Shown: positions 43,902 through 53,382 of the stretch, one piece after another
How positions within the stretch are numbered: the stretch's first letter is position 1
Layout: the number at the start of each line of letters is the position of its first letter
Virus record (IMG/VR): IMGVR_UViG_3300042905_000928
Span: 1-63,348 of that record
Length of the DNA stretch: 63,348 nucleotides
Strand: one strand, 5' to 3'
From: a virus
Taxonomy: Duplodnaviria; Caudoviricetes
The notes under the pieces: generated by a model
The model's database searches: none
Seen by the model: the letters and a program-made list of their open reading frames with translations, nothing else
What the model was told of the DNA's origin: nothing
Translations under genes and position numbers: made by a program

Positions 43902-46337
43902 ATGTCATTCGATAAAGGTTTATACGAACTACCACAGGGACTTGGAGCCATTAATGACCAAGAGCCAGCAATTGAGATTGAAATTGAAGACCCTGAGGCA
44001 GTAAATATTGCCATAGATGGTTTAGAGATTGAAATCCGCAAAGAAGAAGATGAGTTTGATATTAACTTAGCGGAAGACATGGACGGGCAAGTGCTTGCCT
44101 CTCTAGCCAATGACTTAATTAATGATGTTGACTCCGACATCAGTGCCAGAAAAGACTGGATTCAGACATACGTTGACGGCTTAGAGCTGTTAGGCATGAA
44201 GATTGAAGAAAGATCTGAGCCATGGGAAGGCGCTTGTGGCGTTTACCACCCATTATTGAGTGAAGCTCTGGTTAAATTCCAAGCTGAAACTGTGATGGAG
44301 ACTCTTCCAGCCAGCGGTCCAGTAAGAACTGTGATTATCGGCAAAGAAACACAAGAAAAAGTAGACGCAGCCAAGCGAGTACAGGCTGATATGAACTATC
44401 AGATCACCGATGTAATGCCAGAGTACCGCCCAGAACACGAAAGAATGGTTTGGGGCTTAGGACTTTCAGGTAATGCGTTCAAAAAAGTGTATTACGACCC
44501 ACACATGGAGCGCCAGGTCTCTATTTATGTACCAGCTGAGGACATCATTGTCCCTTATGGCGCATCAAACCTAGAAACCGCCGAGCGTGTAACCCATGTG
44601 ATGCGTAAAACCAGCAATGAATTGCGCCGCTTACAAGTTGCTGGCTTCTACCGTGACGTGGATCTAGGCGATCCAGTTATGACCATGGATGAAGTAGAGA
44701 AAGAAATTGCAAAGAAGATGGGATTCCGTGCAACTACGGATGACCGCTTTAAATTACTAGAAATGCACGTAGATTTAGACTTGCCAGGCTTTGAAGACGA
44801 AGAAGATGGCGAGCCAACAGGGATTGCTCTACCGTATGTAGTGACTATTGAGAAGGGAACGCAAACTGTTCTCTCTATCCGCAGAAACTGGAACCCTGAT
44901 GACTCTACCAAACAAAAACGCCAACACTTTGTACATTATGGTTACGTGCCTGGCTTTGGTTTTTATTGTTTTGGTCTTATTCATCTCATCGGAGCTTTTG
45001 CTAAGTCAGGAACCTCTATTATTCGCCAGCTTGTTGATGCTGGTACGCTAAGTAACTTACCAGGCGGCTTTAAAACCCGTGGTATGCGAGTCAAAGGGGA
45101 CGATACCCCAATTGCTCCAGGCGAATTCCGTGATGTAGACGTACCATCTGGCACATTAAAAGATAACTTATTGCCTCTTCCGTACAAAGAACCAAGCCAA
45201 GTTCTATATAGCTTGATGAATACCATTGTGGATGAAGGCCGCCGTTTTGCCTCAGCTGCGGATTTAAAGATCAGCGATATGTCAGCCAACTCACCAGTTG
45301 GTACGACTCTAGCTATCCTTGAGCGTACCTTAAAGGTAATGTCAGCTGTTCAGGCTCGTGTTCATTACTCAATGAAACAAGAGCTAAAACTCTTAAAAGG
45401 AATCATTCGTGACTACACCCCAGAAGAATACAGCTATGAGCCAGATGAAGGTTCAAGATTGGCAAAGCAGTCTGATTACGACAATGTGGACGTTATCCCT
45501 GTGTCAGATCCTAATGCTGCAACAATGTCACAGAAGGTTGTCCAGTATCAAGCGGTTCTACAGTTAGCCCAGCAAGCCCCACAGTTATACGACTTGGCTA
45601 AGTTACACCGTCAAATGCTAGAAGTATTGGGCATTAAGAACGCTGAGAAGCTTGTTAAGTTAGAAGATGACAAGAAACCAGAAGATCCAATTACTGAGAA
45701 CATGAACGCCTTGAACATGAAGCCTATCAAAGCTTTCTATTATCAAGATCACCAAGCTCATATCCAAGTGCATATGAACGCCATGAAAGATCCAAAGATT
45801 GCAGCAATTGTCGGTCAAAACCCGAACGCTCAAGCAATCCAAGCAGCTATGTTGGCGCACATCAACGAACACTTAGGCTTTGAGTACAAGAAACAAATGG
45901 AACAACTCATTGGTATGCCGTTGCCAGAAGACGAAGACCAAGAGGGTATTCCAAAAGAAATGGAAGTACAGGTTTCCCGTATGGCAAGCCAAGCTTCCGA
46001 CATGTTGTTGCAACGTAACCAAAATGAAATTGCAGCACAGCAGGCCCAGCAAGCAGCCCAAGACCCAGTTATCCAAATGCAAATCAAAGAACAGCAGTTG
46101 GAAGAGCAGGAATTGTTGCGTAAGAAGCAGAAAGACGTCCTTGAAGCAGCATCAAAAGCTGACCAACTCAAGGTCGAACAAGAGCGCATTGCCTCGCAAG
46201 AACGTATTGCTGGCATGCAAGTCGGTGCTAAAACCGCTGTTGATCGTGAAGAACTTCAGTTTAAAAAACAAGTTGAGGGATTCAAGATTGGCAAGGAAAT
46301 AGCGGACCAATCCAAACCTGCCAAAAAGGGTGAATGA
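43902..46337 (+). CDS. portal protein
   Basis: 811 aa after terL; GNAFKKVYYD, FYCFGL, Gln-rich C-terminal barrel. Confidence 0.85.
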   Translation: MSFDKGLYELPQGLGAINDQEPAIEIEIEDPEAVNIAIDGLEIEIRKEEDEFDINLAEDMDGQVLASLANDLINDVDSDISARKDWIQTYVDGLELLGMKIEERSEPWEGACGVYHPLLSEALVKFQAETVMETLPASGPVRTVIIGKETQEKVDAAKRVQADMNYQITDVMPEYRPEHERMVWGLGLSGNAFKKVYYDPHMERQVSIYVPAEDIIVPYGASNLETAERVTHVMRKTSNELRRLQVAGFYRDVDLGDPVMTMDEVEKEIAKKMGFRATTDDRFKLLEMHVDLDLPGFEDEEDGEPTGIALPYVVTIEKGTQTVLSIRRNWNPDDSTKQKRQHFVHYGYVPGFGFYCFGLIHLIGAFAKSGTSIIRQLVDAGTLSNLPGGFKTRGMRVKGDDTPIAPGEFRDVDVPSGTLKDNLLPLPYKEPSQVLYSLMNTIVDEGRRFASAADLKISDMSANSPVGTTLAILERTLKVMSAVQARVHYSMKQELKLLKGIIRDYTPEEYSYEPDEGSRLAKQSDYDNVDVIPVSDPNAATMSQKVVQYQAVLQLAQQAPQLYDLAKLHRQMLEVLGIKNAEKLVKLEDDKKPEDPITENMNALNMKPIKAFYYQDHQAHIQVHMNAMKDPKIAAIVGQNPNAQAIQAAMLAHINEHLGFEYKKQMEQLIGMPLPEDEDQEGIPKEMEVQVSRMASQASDMLLQRNQNEIAAQQAQQAAQDPVIQMQIKEQQLEEQELLRKKQKDVLEAASKADQLKVEQERIASQERIAGMQVGAKTAVDREELQFKKQVEGFKIGKEIADQSKPAKKGE

Positions 46338-46531
46338 TGATTGACCAAAATCTTGATTACTTGTTAGACCAAAACAGAGACCGTATGGATATGCTCAAAC
46401 AAGCATTAACGTCTGGTAACTGTCAGTCTTACGAGGAATATAAGTACACATGTGGCCAGCTACGAGGTCTCGAAGCTGCATGTTTAACCATAGTAGACCT
46501 CAAAAATAGATTGGAGAACTCGAATGAGTGA
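46334..46531 (+). CDS. hypothetical head-module protein
   Basis: YEEYKYTCGQLRGL motif between portal and GroES. Confidence 0.65.
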   Translation: MMIDQNLDYLLDQNRDRMDMLKQALTSGNCQSYEEYKYTCGQLRGLEAACLTIVDLKNRLENSNE

Positions 46532-46934
46532 AATCCTTATCGGCTCAAACCCCGATGATGTAAACGCAGTAACAACTCTGCCTCAAACAGCAGAAGAAAA
46601 AGCAAAGCAACTACCTGAACCTGTTGGCTACCGCATCCTATGCGCTATTCCTGATCAAGAAAAGGAATATGAAAGTGGCATTTTGAAGGCAGACTCAACA
46701 ATGCACTTTGAAGAAATTCTTTCTACGGTGTTCTTTGTTGTGAAGCTGGGTCCTGACTGCTACACCGATAAAGCTCGTTTTCCTAACGGCGCTTGGTGCA
46801 AAGTCGGTGATTTTATTCTGGCCAGACCAAACTCTGGTACACGTTTAAAGATTCACGGACGTGAATTCCGTTTAATAAATGATGATTCTGTCGAGGGTAT
46901 TGTAGAAGACCCACGCGGCATCACAAGAGTGTAA
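46524..46934 (+). CDS. GroES-like co-chaperonin
   Basis: PVGYRIL, SGIL, VVKLGP, CKVGDFIL, GTRLKIHG.EFRLINDD. Confidence 0.85.
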   Translation: MSEILIGSNPDDVNAVTTLPQTAEEKAKQLPEPVGYRILCAIPDQEKEYESGILKADSTMHFEEILSTVFFVVKLGPDCYTDKARFPNGAWCKVGDFILARPNSGTRLKIHGREFRLINDDSVEGIVEDPRGITRV

Positions 46935-46944
46935 GGAGTAAAAC

Positions 46945-47919
46945 ATGTCTGAATATATGGAAGAATTTAAGTTTCCAGACGAGATTGAAGCCGAGAAAAA
47001 GGCTTCAGCACCCGTGGAAGATGACATTGAAGTTGAGATTGTTGACGATACCCCAGAAGAAGATCGTCAAAATTCAGCCCCAATGCCTAAGGATATTGTT
47101 GACGAGCTAGAGCAGGATGAGCTTGAAGAGTATTCTGACAAAGCCAAGATGCGCTTGAAGCAGCTTAAAAAGGTCTGGAACGATGAGCGCCGTGCAAAAG
47201 AAAACGCCACAGCTGAACAAGCTGAAGCTATTCGAGTTGCACAATTACTTATAGAAGAGAACAAAAAGCTTAAAGGCAGGCTCTCTGACGGTGAAAAGAC
47301 TTTGGTCTCTAACCACAAAGAAAAGCTAGATCGAGAGCTATTGGATGCCAAGAAAGAGTTCAAAGATGCTTATGACTCTGGCGATTCAGATCGCTTGGCT
47401 GATGCCCAAGAGCGACTCACGGATGTTAAGTTTAAATCTGCCCAGGCAGAGGCTTATAAACCTGAGTTTGAAAATACTTTACAAGAAGAAGAAAATGATG
47501 TACAAAGTCAACAACCGCAGCGCTTGGATCCAAAAACCCAAGCATGGCTGGACAAAAACAGCTGGTACGGTGTTGATCAAGATATGAGCTACCTAGCAAT
47601 GGGTGTTCATAGACGATTGCAAGTAGAAGGAGTGCCAGTAGGCTCTGAGAACTACTTCAATTCAATTGACGCAGAAATGCGTAGACGGTTCCCAGAGAGA
47701 TTTGAGGACCAATCAGAGTCCAAAACCTCTGAAAACACAGTGTCCAAAAACACTGCTAAGGTTAGCAAACCAAGCACTGTTGTTGCTCCAGCGACCAGAA
47801 GTACATCCCCAAAAAAGATTACTTTGACTCAAAGACAACTTAATTTGGCTAAGAAATTTAAACTTACCCCAGAGCAGTACGCTCGTGAACTAACTAAATT
47901 GGAGTCCCAAAATGGCTGA
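46945..47919 (+). CDS. scaffolding protein (putative)
   Basis: Acidic coiled coil; C-terminal LT..Q...AKKF.LTPEQYA. Confidence 0.7.
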   Translation: MSEYMEEFKFPDEIEAEKKASAPVEDDIEVEIVDDTPEEDRQNSAPMPKDIVDELEQDELEEYSDKAKMRLKQLKKVWNDERRAKENATAEQAEAIRVAQLLIEENKKLKGRLSDGEKTLVSNHKEKLDRELLDAKKEFKDAYDSGDSDRLADAQERLTDVKFKSAQAEAYKPEFENTLQEEENDVQSQQPQRLDPKTQAWLDKNSWYGVDQDMSYLAMGVHRRLQVEGVPVGSENYFNSIDAEMRRRFPERFEDQSESKTSENTVSKNTAKVSKPSTVVAPATRSTSPKKITLTQRQLNLAKKFKLTPEQYARELTKLESQNG

Positions 47920-48367
47920 AAATTCAAGAACACCAAGAGAAGTGGCAACAAGAACTCAAGCAGAACGTCCTAAACAGTGGCAAGCGCCTGAGTTGTTACC
48001 TGAACCAGACAAACAAGCTGGCTTTTCTTACAGATGGATTCGTGTAGCTACTAACGGTCAAGCTGACCCACGCAACTTATCTTCCAAAATAAGAGAAGGT
48101 TGGGAGCCAGTAAGAATCGAAGAGCAACCGAAGTTTGGACTGTTAATGGATCCCAATAGTCGTTTTAAAGACAACATTGAGATCGGTGGGTTGTTGTTAT
48201 GCAAAACTCCTACAGAATTGGTTAACCAGCGTAATGCACATTACCAAAATTTAACTGATTCTCAAACGAGAGCTGTAGACAATAGCTTTATGCGCCAGAA
48301 TGACCCAAGGATGCCTCTCTTTAATGAGCGTAAATCCACGGTAAGTTTTGGTAAAGGTAATAGTTAA
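47912..48367 (+). CDS. head-module protein
   Basis: YRWIR...EGWEPV...GGLLLCK motif. Confidence 0.65.
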   Translation: MAENSRTPREVATRTQAERPKQWQAPELLPEPDKQAGFSYRWIRVATNGQADPRNLSSKIREGWEPVRIEEQPKFGLLMDPNSRFKDNIEIGGLLLCKTPTELVNQRNAHYQNLTDSQTRAVDNSFMRQNDPRMPLFNERKSTVSFGKGNS

Positions 48368-48392
48368 CTTTTTATTAATTAGGAGTATTTAA

Positions 48393-49019
48393 ATGGCTTA
48401 TCCAACAGTAAGCGCTCCATATGGTTTTCAACCTATTAATCGTCAAGATGGCATGGCATACGCTGGTGCGACCACCCAATACGTGATCAAATCAGTAACA
48501 ACTACCATTTTTAACGGTGACTTGGTTCTAATCAATGACGGCGCAGTTAAATCAACAGTAACAACAACTTCAGCTTTGACAGTTGCTAACCAAGCAAACT
48601 TGACAGCTGGTGTATTTGTAGGCTGTCAGTACGTAAACACTCAAGGTCAGACAGTTCAGTCACAGTATTACCCAGGTAACGCTGCTGCTTCTTCTGCTAT
48701 CGCTTATGTGGTAGTTGACGAAAACGCTGCTTATAAAGTAGCTGTAACGAACGGTTCAGGCGTGATGTCTTCAACAACACGTAAAGCTATCGGTGTTAAC
48801 CTAGCTGTAGACCAGGAAGCTGGCTCTACAACTACTGGTAACTCTGGTAACGGTGTTGTAGCCCCATCAGGAGCGCTTGGTAACGCTACTACATTGCCTG
48901 TTAAGGTGATTGCAGTTGTTCCTGAAACAGCTATTAACGCAACAAACTTCTGCGAAGTTATTGTTGTTTTGACTAACCCTCAGTTGACATCCGCTGCTGG
49001 CGGCGTTGACTTCGCATAA
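48393..49019 (+). CDS. capsid decoration/cement protein (putative)
   Basis: APYGFQP, GVFVGCQY; directly before MCP. Confidence 0.6.
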   Translation: MAYPTVSAPYGFQPINRQDGMAYAGATTQYVIKSVTTTIFNGDLVLINDGAVKSTVTTTSALTVANQANLTAGVFVGCQYVNTQGQTVQSQYYPGNAAASSAIAYVVVDENAAYKVAVTNGSGVMSSTTRKAIGVNLAVDQEAGSTTTGNSGNGVVAPSGALGNATTLPVKVIAVVPETAINATNFCEVIVVLTNPQLTSAAGGVDFA

Positions 49020-49031
49020 GGAGCTACTTAA

Positions 49032-49943
49032 ATGGCTATTTCACGCGCACAACTCTTAAAAGAGTTATTACCAGGATTGAACGCATTGTTCGGACTTGAG
49101 TATGCAACATACGGTGAACAACACAAAGAGATCTACGAAACAGAGACCTCTGAGCGTTCGTTTGAAGAAGAAACTAAGTTGTCAGGCTTCTCAGCCGCAC
49201 CAGTAAAGAACGAAGGTTCTTCATTGGCATATGACAACGCACAGGAAGCTTTTACAGCTCGCTATACACACGAGACTATCGCTCTTGGCTTCAGCTTAAC
49301 TGAAGAAGCTATTGAAGATAACTTGTATGACAGCCTATCAGGTCGTTATACAAAGGCTCTAGCTCGTGCTATGGCTTACACAAAGCAAGTAAAAGCTGCT
49401 AACGTATTGAACAACGGCTTCAACTCTGCCTTTGCTGGTGGAGATGGTGTTGCATTGTTCTCTACATCGCATCCGCTAGTTTCAGGTGGTGTAAACAGCA
49501 ACACGCCAGCTACTCAAGCTGACTTGAATGAAACATCATTGGAAAATGCTGTTATTCAAATCGCTGCTTGGACAGACGAGCGTGGTCTTTTGATTGCTGC
49601 TAAACCTACTAAGTTGATCGTTCCACCATCATTGCAATTCGTTGCAACACGCTTGTTGGAAACTGAACTTCGTGTAGGCACAGCCGATAACGACATCAAC
49701 GCAATTAAGAACAATGGTTCTATCCCAGGTGGTTACACAGTAAACAACTACTTGACAGATAACAACGCATGGTTCTTGTGTACTGATGTACCAAACGGCA
49801 TGAAGCACTTTGTTCGTACAGCTATGTCTACTGGCATGGACGGCGACTTCGATACTGGTAACGTACGTTACAAGGCTCGTGAGCGTTATTCATTCGGTTT
49901 CTCAGATCCATTGGGAATGTTCGGTTCACAAGGTTCTGCTTAA
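49032..49943 (+). CDS. major capsid protein (Mu gpT-like)
   Basis: MAISRAQLLKELLPGLNALFG...RYKARERYSFG. Confidence 0.9.
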   Translation: MAISRAQLLKELLPGLNALFGLEYATYGEQHKEIYETETSERSFEEETKLSGFSAAPVKNEGSSLAYDNAQEAFTARYTHETIALGFSLTEEAIEDNLYDSLSGRYTKALARAMAYTKQVKAANVLNNGFNSAFAGGDGVALFSTSHPLVSGGVNSNTPATQADLNETSLENAVIQIAAWTDERGLLIAAKPTKLIVPPSLQFVATRLLETELRVGTADNDINAIKNNGSIPGGYTVNNYLTDNNAWFLCTDVPNGMKHFVRTAMSTGMDGDFDTGNVRYKARERYSFGFSDPLGMFGSQGSA

Positions 49944-49960
49944 TAGCTCGCACTTTGTGG

Positions 49961-49991
49961 TAAAAAGAGGGGTCTTCGGACCCCTTTTTTA
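49961..49991 (+). terminator. intrinsic terminator after MCP
   Basis: AAAAAGAGGGGTC-TTCG-GACCCCTTTTTT. Confidence 0.9.
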
Positions 49992-50006
49992 TTTCAGGAG
50001 AATTAC

Positions 50007-50687
50007 ATGGAATTCCCAAACGCTAAATTAATACCAGCATTTCTAGCAGAACAAGAGCCATTCTTTGAGCTATATAAAAACAACCTAGATACGCTAAAAC
50101 GGATTATTGATGACGTAGGTGAGCCACTAGAAGGCAACATTTTCTACGAGCATTTAGAGACAAACCTCACCACTTTAACCCCACGATTCTTCCAAAAACG
50201 TGCTGCATTGGCTATGTTTGCCATGGCACATAAAGAGGTTGTTGAGATTGGGTTTAACTCAGGGTTCAGTGCATTATTAATGCTAACAGCTAACCCAGAA
50301 CTAAGGCTGACATGCGTAGACATATGCGAACACAAGTATACGGAGCCATGCTTTCAGTACCTAAAGACTGTGTTTGAAGACAGAATTACTTTGGTTAAAG
50401 GTGACTCAACAGTGGTATTGCCAGAGGTGTTGCAGAGCAACAAGAGCTTAACTGGGTACATTATTGACGGCGGCCATGGTTTAAACGTGGCAGAACAAGA
50501 CTTACAGAATGTCATTAAGTATGCAAATAATGACGCTGTTTTGTGTTTTGATGATAGCGACTTTGTAGAACTAAGAATGATGTTAAACATGTACATGATG
50601 TCAGGTCACTTAATAAACTTTATGGACGAGTTTGGGCCTACTCAAAATCAGACACAAATGTTTTTTAAAATAGTTGCAACTTCTTAA
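50007..50687 (+). CDS. class I SAM-dependent methyltransferase (Methyltransf_24-like)
   Basis: VEIGFNSGFSA, CVDI, GDS, IDGGH, FDD. Confidence 0.8.
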   Translation: MEFPNAKLIPAFLAEQEPFFELYKNNLDTLKRIIDDVGEPLEGNIFYEHLETNLTTLTPRFFQKRAALAMFAMAHKEVVEIGFNSGFSALLMLTANPELRLTCVDICEHKYTEPCFQYLKTVFEDRITLVKGDSTVVLPEVLQSNKSLTGYIIDGGHGLNVAEQDLQNVIKYANNDAVLCFDDSDFVELRMMLNMYMMSGHLINFMDEFGPTQNQTQMFFKIVATS

Positions 50688-50701
50688 AATTAGAGTAAGA
50701 T
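50674..50701 (+). promoter_or_regulatory. possible sigma70 promoter
   Basis: TTGCAA, 16 nt, TAAGAT. Confidence 0.45.
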
Positions 50702-50709
50702 TACTGAAA

Positions 50710-50780
50710 CTGGGAAACCAGCTTATTAGACTGCCCCAGCAGACGATATACCGACTAATGAGCTAACTTGTATATAAGGA
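50710..50780 (+). ncRNA. pseudoknotted RNA, Mu-gpT-DE-like
   Basis: CTGGG/CCCAG, AGCTTATTAG/CTAATGAGCT and ATATAC/GTATAT crossing helices; downstream of gpT-like capsid gene. Confidence 0.6.
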
Positions 50781-50786
50781 CTCAAA

Positions 50787-51242
50787 ATGGCTAATACTAC
50801 ATTCAGCGGCCCAATTCGCGCTGGTAACATTCCAAACACAACAGGTACTACTGTTGGTACAAACGTAGCTAACATCGGTCAAGTTGTAATGGCTCAATCA
50901 GCTGTTATTGACATCATCGGCGCATCAGCAAACACAACAGTTGCAACTGTTCCTGCAAACTCACAAATCGTAGATTGCATCCTAAACGTGACTACCGTTA
51001 ACAACGACTCAAACGCAGCAGCAGTGGTTGTTGGTGTTTCAGGCGATACAAACGCTTTTATCCCATCAACTTCAGTTAAATCATTGGCTACAACTCGTGG
51101 TACTTTGGATACAGAAGCAACTGATGTTGGTTCAACAGATGTTCAAGTTATTGCTACATTTACTGCTACTGACGGCGATGGCACTACTGGCGCGGCTACA
51201 GTGACTGTTCTTTACATCCAGAACAACAACTTAACTGCTTAA
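50787..51242 (+). CDS. virion structural protein
   Basis: MANTTFSGP N-terminus; beta-rich. Confidence 0.6.
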   Translation: MANTTFSGPIRAGNIPNTTGTTVGTNVANIGQVVMAQSAVIDIIGASANTTVATVPANSQIVDCILNVTTVNNDSNAAAVVVGVSGDTNAFIPSTSVKSLATTRGTLDTEATDVGSTDVQVIATFTATDGDGTTGAATVTVLYIQNNNLTA

Positions 51243-51288
51243 TTAATCTAGGGGCTTCGGCCCCGCTTAACAATTTAGGAGATTAATT

Positions 51289-51561
51289 ATGGGTATGCAA
51301 TATGATGTTCTATCTACCGCATGTGCTAACGGAGCCGCCACTTCTGTATTTAATGGTCCAGCTCGCGTTAAGGGTATGACCATTAGTTACGCATCTGGCG
51401 GTACGGTAGTTATTGCTAATGGTACTTCAAACGTTTATTCATTCACAGCCCCAGCAGCTGCTGGTTCACTCAGTGTATTGATTCCAGGTGAAGGTATTCG
51501 TTGTGGTTCCAACGTAGTGGCTACAACAGCTAATGCTACAGCAGTAGTATTTTATGGCTAA
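51289..51561 (+). CDS. small virion protein
   Basis: AGGAG RBS; PARVKG, IPGEGIR, VFYG. Confidence 0.6.
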   Translation: MGMQYDVLSTACANGAATSVFNGPARVKGMTISYASGGTVVIANGTSNVYSFTAPAAAGSLSVLIPGEGIRCGSNVVATTANATAVVFYG

Positions 51562-51811
51562 GAAGAAGGGCGTATCCCTAGCTATCGGTCGTGGTGAGAA
51601 GCTACCTGTCTCGAAAGGGGCAGGGCTTACTGCTAAAGGCCGTGCTAAGTACAACAAAGCTACTGGATCAAATCTAAAGGCTCCACAGCCTGAGGGTGGT
51701 CCACGTAAACGCTCGTTCTGCGCACGTATGTCAGGCATGCCAGGTCCAATGAAAGACGAGAACGGGAAACCGACTCGTAAAGCAGCGAGTTTAAAACGAT
51801 GGAAATGCTAG
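51554..51811 (+). CDS. basic protein (DUF6321-like)
   Basis: GLTAKGR...LKAP...RKRSFCARM...WKC. Confidence 0.65.
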   Translation: MAKKKGVSLAIGRGEKLPVSKGAGLTAKGRAKYNKATGSNLKAPQPEGGPRKRSFCARMSGMPGPMKDENGKPTRKAASLKRWKC

Positions 51812-52047
51812 TCTGGAACTTGGTCCTAACGACCTTGCTTGGTATGTTGGCGTTCTTTTTAAAAGAAAAGTCATCTGAAATTAACCGTCTTCAGATTCTG
51901 TTAAACAGAACTCGTGAAGAAATGGCTAAGGAATATGTGACTAAGGCTGATGTGCATAACGACATCAACCGTGTTTTAGATAGAATAGATCGCATGGAAG
52001 CTAAGTTGGACGACTTTATAAAAGGACAACGAAGTGCCATCAACTAG
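51799..52047 (+). CDS. small TM + coiled-coil protein
   Basis: N-terminal TM; TREE...YVTK. Confidence 0.6.
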   Translation: MEMLVWNLVLTTLLGMLAFFLKEKSSEINRLQILLNRTREEMAKEYVTKADVHNDINRVLDRIDRMEAKLDDFIKGQRSAIN

Positions 52048-52477
52048 TAAAAAACAACACAACTTTATGGCAGCAGTTGCCAAGAATCCTAAGTTTGCCA
52101 AGAAAGCTGGCGTTTCACAATCAGTGGGCGAAGATTTTTTAGAGGCAGACAAGGGTAAGAAGTTTCGTAGGGGCGGTACTACCAACCCTAATCGTGCAGG
52201 TATCAACAAACAGAAAACTCGTGCTGGCATGTTACAAATGCCCAATGCGAGCCTTACAAAATTTAGAGGTTTTAACCAAGGTGGAGATATTATGAAACAT
52301 TCAGACATGTCAAAAGACAAACCAATGATGAAAGCTGAAGCCAAAAAGGCTGTTAAAGGCCATGAGAAGCGCATGCACGGCATGGCTCACGGTGGAGTAA
52401 CCCGTGCTGATGGTATCGTTAAAAAAGGCCATACTAAAGGCAAAATGATTGCTATGAAAAAAGGCGGGGCTTGCTAA
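52034..52477 (+). CDS. basic K/G/M-rich protein
   Basis: MPSTSKKQHNFMAAVA; RADG..KKGHT. Confidence 0.6.
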   Translation: MPSTSKKQHNFMAAVAKNPKFAKKAGVSQSVGEDFLEADKGKKFRRGGTTNPNRAGINKQKTRAGMLQMPNASLTKFRGFNQGGDIMKHSDMSKDKPMMKAEAKKAVKGHEKRMHGMAHGGVTRADGIVKKGHTKGKMIAMKKGGAC

Positions 52478-52782
52478 TGGCTAATATCCGTAAACCAACA
52501 GTAAAAGAGGTTGAAAAGCTAGACAAATCTCGTGAACTAATGGTTCGCGGTATTGAAGGTGAAAAAGACTTTTTGTCCAAGGTTTCAACTACCATGGCTA
52601 AATCTGCTCGTGACGATCAAAAGTCTGCCAAGAAAATGCGTGAGTCTGTACCTGAAAGCGCTCGTGATTACGAGGCTTATCAAGGTGCTGGCTACAAAAA
52701 AGGTGGCGTTACTCGTGCTGACGGTTGCGTAACTAAAGGTCACACTAAAGGCAAGATGGTTTCTATGAAAAAAGGTAAATAA
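52477..52782 (+). CDS. basic protein
   Basis: YKKGGVTRADGCVTKGHTKG. Confidence 0.6.
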   Translation: MANIRKPTVKEVEKLDKSRELMVRGIEGEKDFLSKVSTTMAKSARDDQKSAKKMRESVPESARDYEAYQGAGYKKGGVTRADGCVTKGHTKGKMVSMKKGK

Positions 52783-52784
52783 TC

Positions 52785-53132
52785 ATGGGATTCAAAGACG
52801 TATTAAAAGCAGTAAGCCCATTGGCAATGGTTGCAGACAAAAATCCAGATGTATTACGTGCATTTGGTATTGCTGGTAATGCTGCTGCTAATAAGTTAGA
52901 AAATCGTGAAGACGACAAGCAAATGGAAGTAGAGCGTCAAGCTCAGGTTGCTGCTGCTCAGGCAAAAGAACAAAAAGCTGCTGCTGCACGAGCTAACTAT
53001 ATTTCTAATGTTCGTAATACAACTGGTGGTTTAGAAGGATACAAAGCTTCTGGACTTAAAAAAGGCGGCAAGGTTAAATCAGCTTCCGCACGCGCAGACG
53101 GATGCGCAATCCGTGGAAAAACAAAGGCTTAA
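52785..53132 (+). CDS. basic protein
   Basis: KKGGKV...RADGCAIRGKT. Confidence 0.6.
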   Translation: MGFKDVLKAVSPLAMVADKNPDVLRAFGIAGNAAANKLENREDDKQMEVERQAQVAAAQAKEQKAAAARANYISNVRNTTGGLEGYKASGLKKGGKVKSASARADGCAIRGKTKA

Positions 53133-53133
53133 T

Positions 53134-53382
53134 ATGAGACCATCTCGTGGTATGGGTGACATTAACCCAAGCAAAATGCCTGGCGCTAAGAAAAAGACCA
53201 GACGTGATGACACCGACTTTACGCAATATGCTGAAGGTGGTAAGGTTGGTTTGTATGCCAATATCGCCGCAAAGAAAAAACGCATAGCTGAGGGATCTGG
53301 TGAGAAAATGAGAAAGCCAGGAGCCAAAGGCGCCCCAACTAAAGCAGACTTTATTAAGTCAGCAAGGACAGCTAAGAAATGA
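53134..53382 (+). CDS. basic protein
   Basis: MRPSRGMG, GLYANI.AK, GAPT. Confidence 0.6.
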   Translation: MRPSRGMGDINPSKMPGAKKKTRRDDTDFTQYAEGGKVGLYANIAAKKKRIAEGSGEKMRKPGAKGAPTKADFIKSARTAKK

